The position numbers and the translations under genes are program-made. Below, piece after piece: positions 1 through 8,084 of a stretch of DNA of 64,000 nucleotides; position 1 is the first letter of the stretch; every line of letters begins with the position of its first letter. The notes below the pieces were generated by a model. It saw only the letters and a program-made list of their open reading frames with translations. It had not been told where the DNA came from and did no database searches. Source of the DNA: a virus (taxonomy: Duplodnaviria; Caudoviricetes); the IMG/VR virus record IMGVR_UViG_3300033061_000469, positions 6,590 through 70,589 of that record; one strand, 5' to 3'.

Positions 1-1302
1 GCCGATAAGTTTATTGCTGAGCATGGATTACAACTGGCTAAGACTATCAACACTATTGTTAATTCTTATAGAAGGCTAGTTTTACCGACAGATGTTAATA
101 AAGCCAAAGAAATGATTAACAGATTAGCGCAGATTATTGGCTATGATGATGAAAGCCCTAAAATGAACCAACCTACTATGGCTCATGGAACTGGCATGAT
201 GACTAAAGGCAAAGTAGAAAGTGCTAAAGCGCAAAAGGAATTACAAAAAAGTTTAAGTGATATAGATAAAGTTTTTGGTGATGAGGAACTTAATGAACCT
301 ACTAAAACTAAACAACCCACAGGCGTTGGTGGTGAAGGTAAGTATGAAGGCACTACTGGCGATTACACAGATGAACATAAAGAACTGGCTAAGAAGTTAG
401 AAAAGCGTGTATCTGAAATTAAAAATGATAAGTCATTTAAGCGTGAAGTAAATGAAACGCATAAGGCTATTAACAAGTCTGATTACTTTACTTCCAAGAC
501 TAGGACTACGCAATTCATAATTAAAGAACCTGAGGCTAAGGCTAAGATTATCGCACGCAAGTTTGGACAGGAATTAGAACGGCTAGTCTTAGACAATGAA
601 CCTATGTGGGATAAGAATATGCCTAGCGGTAAGTTAAATGTAGGTCGCACTATGACTACTGATGTTAATGCTATCAACACCATGTTTGATGTTTGGGATA
701 CTGGCAACGAAAACAATGATGTAGAAGCGGTAATCTTAATGGATAATAGCGGTAGCATGGGTTGGCAGATGAACCTAGTGTGTGAGGCTAACTGGATTAT
801 CAAGCGTGGCATAGAGCGCATTAACGGAAGTGTTAGCACTTATTCCTTTAACCATGAAAGCAAGTTAATGTATGACCGAGATACAAAGGCTAAGCCTAAC
901 GAATACAGAACAGTTTGGTCGGGCGGTAGCACTAATCCTATCGGTGGCTTACTAGAAGCAGAGCGACTATTATCTACTTCCGTTAAGCCTATCAAGATAC
1001 TATTTATTATTACTGACGGCACTTGGGAAAATTATGAAGTGTGCGACACGATTATTGACCGCTTAAACAAGGCTGGTGTATTAACGGCGTTGGTGTATAT
1101 TGGCGACTATTGGGATATTAAAAACGCTGAGATGTTAGCAAGAAATGAAAACGAAGTAGAACAAGCAGAATACTATAAGCAAAGATTAAAAGAAGTAAAT
1201 CACGGCGTTAAAGTCTTTAAGCCAATAACAGAAATGGGTGATATAGTTTCGCTTGCTACTAAATTGGTTAAAGGAACACTAAAGCGCAAAGTAAAAAACT
1301 AA
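1..1302 (+). CDS. von Willebrand factor A (vWA/CobT-like) domain protein, 5' truncated by window edge
   Basis: Frame is open from base 1 (ADKFIAEHG...). MIDAS motif DNSGSM, GGSTNP and IITDG are present. Confidence 0.8.
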   Translation, partial: ADKFIAEHGLQLAKTINTIVNSYRRLVLPTDVNKAKEMINRLAQIIGYDDESPKMNQPTMAHGTGMMTKGKVESAKAQKELQKSLSDIDKVFGDEELNEPTKTKQPTGVGGEGKYEGTTGDYTDEHKELAKKLEKRVSEIKNDKSFKREVNETHKAINKSDYFTSKTRTTQFIIKEPEAKAKIIARKFGQELERLVLDNEPMWDKNMPSGKLNVGRTMTTDVNAINTMFDVWDTGNENNDVEAVILMDNSGSMGWQMNLVCEANWIIKRGIERINGSVSTYSFNHESKLMYDRDTKAKPNEYRTVWSGGSTNPIGGLLEAERLLSTSVKPIKILFIITDGTWENYEVCDTIIDRLNKAGVLTALVYIGDYWDIKNAEMLARNENEVEQAEYYKQRLKEVNHGVKVFKPITEMGDIVSLATKLVKGTLKRKVKN

Positions 1303-1310
1303 GGGGATAT

Positions 1311-1502
1311 ATGAACGATAACGAACTACCTAAAGAAGCACTATCACAAGTAGATTACGCTGAGTTAATGCGTAATACACTTAATCAAATTAAAGATGTA
1401 TTAGATAGCGACCCAACACAAACAGCGCACTTAATAAATCTAACTAATACTGCTATGGATTATTTATTCTATTTAGAGGATAACAGAAGGGTGGTAATCT
1501 AA
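1311..1502 (+). CDS. hypothetical protein
   Basis: 63 aa ORF with SD AAGGGG, tightly packed in the operon. Confidence 0.7.
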   Translation: MNDNELPKEALSQVDYAELMRNTLNQIKDVLDSDPTQTAHLINLTNTAMDYLFYLEDNRRVVI

Positions 1503-2087
1503 ATGGGTTTGGATATGTATTTACACGCAGAGCGTTATGTATCTAAAGACGGCATGTTTAATCCTGACGACCCTGCTATTTACAGTTTTATTGCTAAGAC
1601 TATTGGAAGCGATACGCTACCTAACCCTTACTTTGGTAGCATGACAGTTAGACAATGTGTGGGCTATTGGCGCAAGGCTAATGCTATTCATGGCTGGTTT
1701 ATTAAAGAACTTGCTAATGGCGTAGATGAGTGTCAAGATATTTATGTGCCTAAAGAGGCGTTAATTAAACTTAGAGATAATTGCGTAAGCGCACTAGCCA
1801 ATAGGCATAACGCTAAGACTAACGAACAAAGCGATTATGTAATTAAAATAGATGACAGTATTGACCCTAAAGAAGCCATTACTAAGATTATTGAGAGTAT
1901 GGCTAAAGAGGCAAACAACACTAAGACTATTGCTGATGAACCGCTTGCGCCTATTGCTGGTTTTTTCTTTGGTAGCACAGAGAAAGATGAGTGGTATTAC
2001 GAACAGTTAGAATACACAATAGAACTCATTAACTCATTACTAGCGCATGGTGATAAGTATGAGTATTATTATCGGGCTAGTTGGTAA
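1503..2087 (+). CDS. conserved phage hypothetical protein (GLDMYL...YWRKANAIHGWF family)
   Basis: Recurrent phage motifs MGLDMYL, YWRKANAIHGWF, GFFFGS..YYRASW. Confidence 0.8.
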   Translation: MGLDMYLHAERYVSKDGMFNPDDPAIYSFIAKTIGSDTLPNPYFGSMTVRQCVGYWRKANAIHGWFIKELANGVDECQDIYVPKEALIKLRDNCVSALANRHNAKTNEQSDYVIKIDDSIDPKEAITKIIESMAKEANNTKTIADEPLAPIAGFFFGSTEKDEWYYEQLEYTIELINSLLAHGDKYEYYYRASW

Positions 2088-2097
2088 AGAGATAACA

Positions 2098-2226
2098 ATG
2101 GAAAACTTTAACTATGAAATAAAAGCAGAAGTAAATCAAGTGTGGTTTGATATATTAAAACAGATAACTAAACACCAAGACGGCTTTGTTTGGGAAAATG
2201 TAAAGCCAATAATAGAGGAAAAATAA
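2098..2226 (+). CDS. small hypothetical protein (42 aa, not in ORF track)
   Basis: MENFNYEIK...IIEEK fills the gap, and its stop abuts the next ATG. Confidence 0.55.
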   Translation: MENFNYEIKAEVNQVWFDILKQITKHQDGFVWENVKPIIEEK

Positions 2227-2466
2227 ATGGATAATGAATTAAACGAAACTTCTTTCATGGATACTTTACCTAGTAGTTTGGTAAATAAAACTTATAGAGA
2301 AATATCAGACCACTTACTTGATGAGTGGATTAACTCTAACTCTGATGAAGGTGTATTTTGGTCGGACTATCAGATAGCCTCACAAAGTAATAACCCTGAG
2401 GTAATAGAAGCCTTTAATAAGCACTACCAATTAACGGCTGGTGATGAGGAATACTTAAATGTCTGA
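2227..2466 (+). CDS. acidic hypothetical protein
   Basis: 79 aa ORF with SD GAGG, in operon. Confidence 0.7.
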   Translation: MDNELNETSFMDTLPSSLVNKTYREISDHLLDEWINSNSDEGVFWSDYQIASQSNNPEVIEAFNKHYQLTAGDEEYLNV

Positions 2467-2626
2467 GTGGCGTGTTCAGCGTAAGGCTATTGTGTGGCAA
2501 GAAGTAATAGTAGAAGCCGATAACGAAGCGCAAGCAAGAGAAATCGGATATGAGAGATTACATAATCAAGAAGGTTATCAAGTAGCCTTTAACTGGACAG
2601 ATGATATGTGGAGTAGCGACAAATGA
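2459..2626 (+). CDS. small hypothetical protein (55 aa, not in ORF track)
   Basis: MSEWRVQRKAIVWQEVIVEADNEAQAREIG... overlaps both neighbours. Confidence 0.6.
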   Translation: MSEWRVQRKAIVWQEVIVEADNEAQAREIGYERLHNQEGYQVAFNWTDDMWSSDK

Positions 2627-2703
2627 GAGAACTATGTTGCGACCACGAATATGAAAGTGGTTGTGCGTGTTGTGGTAATGAGTGCGAACATGAGGGAGAG
2701 TAA
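2623..2703 (+). CDS. 26 aa Cys/His-rich microprotein
   Basis: MRELCCDHEYESGCACCGNECEHEGE. ATGA overlap upstream, and its TAA directly abuts the next ATG. Confidence 0.55.
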   Translation: MRELCCDHEYESGCACCGNECEHEGE

Positions 2704-3354
2704 ATGCCAAACTGGGTGTATAACACTTTAACAATAGAAGGTGAAGCAGAGAGAATTGATGAGGTAGTAGCGCAGTTAAACAAACCTTTTACTAAACAAT
2801 TTTCGGAAGGAGAAACTACTTACAGTAATCCTATTATTGCCTTTTGGAATATCAGTAAGCCTAGTGATGATATTTTAGATGAGTATATTGGAACGGCTAG
2901 TGGTGGAAATATCAGCAACCCTAATAACTGGTATTCATGGAACAACGCTAACTGGGGAACTAAGTGGGATATAGGCGTAGCAGATGACGCTACCTACGAC
3001 ACTACTTCTACATATCGAGAAACGCCTAATTCAGTATCTTATAGTTTTGAGACCGCTTGGGGTGCGCCTGAACCAGTAATGATAACCTTATCGAAACAGT
3101 ATCCTGACCTAGAACTTACGCTAGAGTATCAAGAGGAACAGGGTTGGGGTGGAGAGGTATATTTCTCCAACGGCATGATTACTACGCTAGAACATTACAC
3201 TTGGAAATGCGGTGAGTGCGCCTATGGAGAACCCGACAATGCTGATGAAAATTACTGCGAAACTTGTGAGGATTATGTATGCCCTAAATGTGATTATGGG
3301 AAGTTAGAAACTTGTGATAGCCATGCGAAAGCAGAGGAAGAAGTGTGGTTTTAA
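2704..3354 (+). CDS. DUF1281/YubB-like ferredoxin-fold protein with C-terminal Cys cluster
   Basis: MPNWV.N.L, WYSWN..NWGTKWD and F.TAW motifs. C-terminal CxxC..CxxC..CxxC. Confidence 0.75.
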   Translation: MPNWVYNTLTIEGEAERIDEVVAQLNKPFTKQFSEGETTYSNPIIAFWNISKPSDDILDEYIGTASGGNISNPNNWYSWNNANWGTKWDIGVADDATYDTTSTYRETPNSVSYSFETAWGAPEPVMITLSKQYPDLELTLEYQEEQGWGGEVYFSNGMITTLEHYTWKCGECAYGEPDNADENYCETCEDYVCPKCDYGKLETCDSHAKAEEEVWF

Positions 3355-3468
3355 TTGATGAAGAAGGAGAGAAAATACCTGCTGGATATGTAGAGAGTTG
3401 GCTTGACTTTGATGACGCTAAATGTAGGATAGTTCCGTTCAGATTAAATAACTTTTAAGGAGAGAACA

Positions 3469-3876
3469 ATTCAAACTTTCTTACCGCTACCTGACTTCCA
3501 AGAGAGTGCTAAGGTGCTGGACAATAAAAGATTAGGTAAGCAGAGAGTTGAGGCTTATCAAATAATGAGAGTGTTGGCTGGCTTGACTAAAGGCTGGCGC
3601 AACCACCCTGCCGTGCTTATGTGGAGAGATTACGAACCTGCCCTATACGAATATGGGAGAGAGGTTTGTGTTGAGTGGAGAGAGCGTGGCTATGTTGATA
3701 ACTTGTATGATAAGTTCCCTAAGGCTAGTATTATCACACCGCATTGGTTAGGAGATATGAGGCTTCATATTTCACACCAAGCAAACCTAGTAAGGAAAAA
3801 CCCCGAACACTACCGACAATACTTTCCCGAAGTAGATGAAACATTACCCTACTTTTGGATTAAGGAGAACGAATAA
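3469..3876 (+). CDS. pyrimidine dimer DNA glycosylase-like protein (MSMEG_6728 family), probable ATT start
   Basis: (I)QTFLP...LDNKRLGKQRVEAYQI, GWRNHPAVLMW and SHQANLVRK.P.HY motifs. SD AAGGAG lies 6 nt before ATT at 3469. Confidence 0.85.
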   Translation: MQTFLPLPDFQESAKVLDNKRLGKQRVEAYQIMRVLAGLTKGWRNHPAVLMWRDYEPALYEYGREVCVEWRERGYVDNLYDKFPKASIITPHWLGDMRLHISHQANLVRKNPEHYRQYFPEVDETLPYFWIKENE

Positions 3877-4157
3877 TGGCAAGAAAAGTAAGTGCTTCCT
3901 TTAAGGCAACAATTACTAAAAACACAGTAAAAGGCGGTGCGTGGCTAGTTGAGTATGAGTATCAAGTAGAAACCACCACTAATCCCATAAGCGAAATCCA
4001 AGCATGGTCAAATGCTTCTGCTGGCAAGCGTTGGATTAAAGAGAAAGTTCAGACACTAACTCCGCGTAAAAGCTTAAAAATGATAGTAAGTAGCACAGAC
4101 CTTAACGGAAAACCAACCAAGATAGTTGGAGAGATGACCTTTAAGGTAGAAGCGTAA
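3876..4157 (+). CDS. hypothetical protein
   Basis: 93 aa, TAATG overlap with the upstream gene. Confidence 0.7.
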   Translation: MARKVSASFKATITKNTVKGGAWLVEYEYQVETTTNPISEIQAWSNASAGKRWIKEKVQTLTPRKSLKMIVSSTDLNGKPTKIVGEMTFKVEA

Positions 4158-4274
4158 ATGTGGTGGAGAGTTAATGATATGGAAAAGATAATTCCGTCTA
4201 TTCCTGATGAAGAGATTTACGAAGACGAAGATGACTATGAAATTGAAGACGATGAAGAAAATGAGGACGATTAA
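4158..4274 (+). CDS. 38 aa highly acidic microprotein
   Basis: MWWRVNDMEKIIPSIPDEEIYEDEDDYEIEDDEENEDD. Both ends abut neighbouring stop/start codons. Confidence 0.55.
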   Translation: MWWRVNDMEKIIPSIPDEEIYEDEDDYEIEDDEENEDD

Positions 4275-4898
4275 ATGTTATTTTTACAAGAAGATAACTT
4301 TTTTAATGAAGAAGAGAGAGATATTGTCTTTAATGACTTAATTGGATACGACAGTAAAATTAATTGGAGATTTAGATTAACTACCCAACCACCCCTTAAA
4401 CAATCTTTAATTCCGTCAGAGATTTTTTATAATAGGTGGAGAGAAAAAATACAAAACAACTATGGAGATAATCCACAAGCAGTAGCAAATGTAAAAGATA
4501 ACCCCGATAGTTCAACTTTTGCGTTACTACAAAAGAGATTTACTGAATTTTGTATTGCTAATAGCCTAGAAAACCCTAAAATACTTAGAGTAAAATCAAA
4601 TATATTAACTAAAACAATTAATAATCCAATTAATATTCCGCATATAGACCAAAGCAACAGTCATTTTGTTTTTCTTTACTATGTGTGTGATTCTGACGGA
4701 GATACTATTTTATACAAAGAAAGATACCCAAGCAAACCTACTGAATTTGAAATAGACAAAAGAGTAAGCCCAAAAATGAACAGAGCTATTATATTTGACG
4801 GGCTACAATATCATTCCTCTAGTAATCCAGTAGAACATAATTATCGTTGTGTTATAAATATGGATTTTACAGCAGAAAATAAAATAAGATACAACTAA
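4275..4898 (+). CDS. 2OG-Fe(II) oxygenase superfamily protein
   Basis: PHID...LYYVCDSDGDT...FDGLQYHSSS...R.VINMD gives an HxD...H triad plus Arg. Confidence 0.75.
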   Translation: MLFLQEDNFFNEEERDIVFNDLIGYDSKINWRFRLTTQPPLKQSLIPSEIFYNRWREKIQNNYGDNPQAVANVKDNPDSSTFALLQKRFTEFCIANSLENPKILRVKSNILTKTINNPINIPHIDQSNSHFVFLYYVCDSDGDTILYKERYPSKPTEFEIDKRVSPKMNRAIIFDGLQYHSSSNPVEHNYRCVINMDFTAENKIRYN

Positions 4899-4912
4899 CA
4901 GAAAGAGAGCTA

Positions 4913-5401
4913 ATGCACCTTTTACCAGTAACAGATAAAGAAAAAGAAATTGCTCATTGGCTATTTGATTTAACCATTGGAGTCCCACACTCGGGAGCTT
5001 CTTTTTTTGGTCACTTATATAATACTTTTTTTCTTCTTAAACAGATGGGCGTAAGAGAAAGCACGTGTATTGCTGGAATGTGCCACGCTTTATATGGAAC
5101 TGAATTTTTTAGGTTTAGATCGGTAATGGAAAGAGAACAATTACAAAGTATTATTGGAAAAGACGCAGAAGAATTAGTATATTTATTTTCTTTGCCTAAG
5201 CGCGACCAAAGAATAATTAAAAATACAGAGAATTTAGATGAAGATACAGCGTTGCAATTATTACAAATTCTTTATGCAAATGGATATGAACAGTCAAATA
5301 AAATAAAGTATGAAACCCAAATTCATTGGGAAGCAGCAAAAATGCACCATTATAAACTAGAAAAAATAATAATTGAAAAAGGTGGAAGGATACTAGAATG
5401 A
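4913..5401 (+). CDS. DUF6817-like (HD-like helical) protein
   Basis: PHSG.SFFGHL.NT..LL...CIAGMCHALYGT pattern, next to a 2OG oxygenase. Confidence 0.6.
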   Translation: MHLLPVTDKEKEIAHWLFDLTIGVPHSGASFFGHLYNTFFLLKQMGVRESTCIAGMCHALYGTEFFRFRSVMEREQLQSIIGKDAEELVYLFSLPKRDQRIIKNTENLDEDTALQLLQILYANGYEQSNKIKYETQIHWEAAKMHHYKLEKIIIEKGGRILE

Positions 5402-5550
5402 AAATTAAATTTCAAAAACCAATACTTATTGAAAGAGAAAAACCAGCAGATAACGCAATTCTAAACGTGCTTTGCTACCATTGTGGTAAAACATACCCAA
5501 CAACTTATGGTAATTTAAGAATTCCAAATTACTGTAATCAATGCAGATAG
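5398..5550 (+). CDS. small zinc-ribbon protein (50 aa, not in ORF track)
   Basis: CYHC...CNQC, with an ATGA overlap. Confidence 0.6.
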   Translation: MKIKFQKPILIEREKPADNAILNVLCYHCGKTYPTTYGNLRIPNYCNQCR

Positions 5551-5560
5551 GAGTAAAAGT

Positions 5561-5821
5561 ATGAAAAATAAAGAATTACCACTAGTAAACTCTTGTGCGT
5601 GTGGTGGAAATTGCGCCTGCGCCGTAGAAGTAGAAAGCCAACCAAACTACTACGAAGTAGATAGATTTGTTGATTTATATACTTTAGGTTTGAGAGAGTA
5701 TTTAGACTCATCACTAATAGGAGATAGAGAACATCATATTGAAGATTTAATAGCAATGAGCACTATGTATCATGAGGCAGCCTTAGCCTTTATATCAGCC
5801 TTTGTCCGTGAACAGAAATAG
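5561..5821 (+). CDS. hypothetical protein with CACGGNCAC motif
   Basis: SD AGGAG, 86 aa, last + strand gene. Confidence 0.7.
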   Translation: MKNKELPLVNSCACGGNCACAVEVESQPNYYEVDRFVDLYTLGLREYLDSSLIGDREHHIEDLIAMSTMYHEAALAFISAFVREQK

Positions 5822-5940
5822 CGTCAAAGAGTTCCTTATACTTTCGTACTCTAAGACTATCCATGATCCAGTCATCGGGGGAGATAGATCTGCGCTTACT
5901 CTGACTGATTAGCCCATACAGGGATATGTAATCAGTAAAT

Positions 5941-5965
5941 AGTCCCCCGCTTATCACGGGGGATT
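5941..5965. terminator. GC-rich hairpin between convergent genes (putative terminator)
   Basis: AGTCCCCCG-CTTATCA-CGGGGGATT at the strand-switch point. Confidence 0.5.
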
Positions 5966-5971
5966 ACTTAT

Positions 5972-7996
5972 TTAAGGCTTTGGGACTTCGCAGAAATCGG
6001 TAGAGCAATATTTCTCACCGATAGCATCAGCCGCCATACCAGCATAGACATCAGTAAAGTCAATAGGCATAAGTTTATATTTGTATTCTTCATACTGTTC
6101 AGCAGTTATCTGAGTGTAAGGCATTTGCGGATAAGTCGCATTTCCCATAGGTAAGAAAGAAATGGTTTTGAGTTGTCCGTCAAACATGTGTAGAACAGTT
6201 CCGACTGCATCTTTTTCAGTTGTTGCATTAAATGATACAGTTACAGATACAGAGTTGTCTGACCAATGGCGCTGAGCCATAGCCGCCAAAGAAGTCTTTT
6301 CATAGATAGAAACATCTTTCTCACTACGAAGAGCACTAGATTTAATAGGGAAATAAACTACTGAAGTTGTCTTTGGTGATTCTGATGCGGGTTCTACGAC
6401 ATACCCTGAAGACTTAAACAGAGGAAGCATAGGGTCGTCATTACCAAAGCGAATAGTTCGTAAGAAGTACTCACCGCCAGGAGTCCAATGCACTCCAGGG
6501 GATTCACCAGCCAAGATAGAAACAGTTCCACTTGGTTTAACAGTAGTCATCTTAATAGACTCACGAATACCAAGCCACTCTGAGTAAAGTTTGTCATAGT
6601 TCTGCACTACTTTATAGCCAGTATCCATCCACTCACGAAGAGTTGGAAGTCCTACGCGGTCTGCAAAGTTGGCAATACCAGAAATAGAAGTTCCAATACG
6701 GCGATTGCGTTGCATGATTGCATTAGTCTCTTCCCAGTGAGTAGGAAGAAGAGTCACAGTTTTTGCGTACAAGTAAGCAAACTTAAGTGTGCGCTTAAAA
6801 TCATCAAGAGACTCATGGCGGTTTAAGTAAGTTTCTACCAGAGTACAGCACTCAAATGATTCAAGGGATTGCTCTGCGCATGGATTGTAGCCAGAAGCTC
6901 TCCAGTCTTTGTCATTAGGTGGGTCAATTAAACGACCATACTTGCGGGTGACATCCATCCAAATAACTCCAGGCTCACCATTGAGAGCAATTCCCTCAAC
7001 AATTCCAGATAGGTCTGCACCAACAGATACTTCAACAGAGTTGTTAGACATCCAAGCCCAACCTGGATTCTTAGCATCATAGGAGTTGCGCTCTGGATAT
7101 ACAGACGCGTTCTTAAGGTTTAAGAAATCTTTGTCATCCAAACGACCCATTAGAAGTTCAGCAGAACGACGGACATTTCCGCTTACAACACAAACTCCGA
7201 TGAGGTTGCCAATATCAGCAATATCCTTGCGGGTTAGTTTTTCACCCTTACGCCCCTTGAATATACTTCGTATGTAGTTGTGTAATTTTTCTAGCGGTTC
7301 GTGTCCTGCCGCGGTACCGCCAAAGGTTTTAATCGGAGTTCCTGCTGGTCTGATTTCTGAGTAGTTGAATACAGGGCTCTTCTTATCTGGTGTAAGGAAA
7401 CTGTTGATGACGAGGTTGACTGATTCAACCCAGCCTTCGCGGGTGTCGGGAATAATGATTGGTTCGGTGTCTGGTTGTGGGTCATAAATATTAAAGTCCT
7501 TATCTGCGCCTTTATCATCAAAGCCAACGCCCACTCCGAGCATTGAGGCTTCCATAAGAAAAGCAAATGGTTTTGCGGGGTCAAGCTTCGTCATCGAAGC
7601 CGTTGAAACAAATGAACAATTTTGTAGGGCTGCGCTATTCCTTTGTTCATTAACTATGGCAGTTCCCATTACCCAAAGTCCTCTGCCTGGGGGAGTCCAT
7701 TTTAAGTTAAATAAACGGTCATACGCTTCTTTAGCCGAAGCCTGAGCCTTAGCATCATTCCATGGTAGGCGGCTAGATTTACAGTGGTCTTTTTGTAAAG
7801 AATACATACCATTGATAACCCGCTCACAGACATCAGCCCAAGTCTCCTTAGTGCCGTCTTGCTTTAAGCGAGAATAGGTGCGAAGAAAAGTAATTTCTCC
7901 TACCGCATTTCCACCCGCATCAACATATCCCCAAGGTACTTTTTTACTTTGATAACTAGAAACAAAGTCCTCTGCTAGGTGAAATGACAATGACAT
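5972..7996 (-). CDS. nrdJ: class II adenosylcobalamin-dependent ribonucleoside-triphosphate reductase (monomeric RTPR type)
   Basis: PPGRGLW, LQNCSF, VSGNVRRSA, GYNPCAEQSL..CCTLVE and TTVKPSGTVS motifs. No intein. Confidence 0.97.
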   Translation of the reverse strand: MSLSFHLAEDFVSSYQSKKVPWGYVDAGGNAVGEITFLRTYSRLKQDGTKETWADVCERVINGMYSLQKDHCKSSRLPWNDAKAQASAKEAYDRLFNLKWTPPGRGLWVMGTAIVNEQRNSAALQNCSFVSTASMTKLDPAKPFAFLMEASMLGVGVGFDDKGADKDFNIYDPQPDTEPIIIPDTREGWVESVNLVINSFLTPDKKSPVFNYSEIRPAGTPIKTFGGTAAGHEPLEKLHNYIRSIFKGRKGEKLTRKDIADIGNLIGVCVVSGNVRRSAELLMGRLDDKDFLNLKNASVYPERNSYDAKNPGWAWMSNNSVEVSVGADLSGIVEGIALNGEPGVIWMDVTRKYGRLIDPPNDKDWRASGYNPCAEQSLESFECCTLVETYLNRHESLDDFKRTLKFAYLYAKTVTLLPTHWEETNAIMQRNRRIGTSISGIANFADRVGLPTLREWMDTGYKVVQNYDKLYSEWLGIRESIKMTTVKPSGTVSILAGESPGVHWTPGGEYFLRTIRFGNDDPMLPLFKSSGYVVEPASESPKTTSVVYFPIKSSALRSEKDVSIYEKTSLAAMAQRHWSDNSVSVTVSFNATTEKDAVGTVLHMFDGQLKTISFLPMGNATYPQMPYTQITAEQYEEYKYKLMPIDFTDVYAGMAADAIGEKYCSTDFCEVPKP

Positions 7997-8084
7997 ATTT
8001 TCCCTCTCTACTTGTCTGTTTAGGTGTTTTACTTGACATGCTGTTCCATGCCCTTTTTGTTGCTCTTATATGATAATAAGAAAA

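Noticed and set aside
7997-8084. Cobalamin riboswitch upstream of nrdJ
   Set aside because: Only 88 nt, with no B12-box or recognisable riboswitch core.
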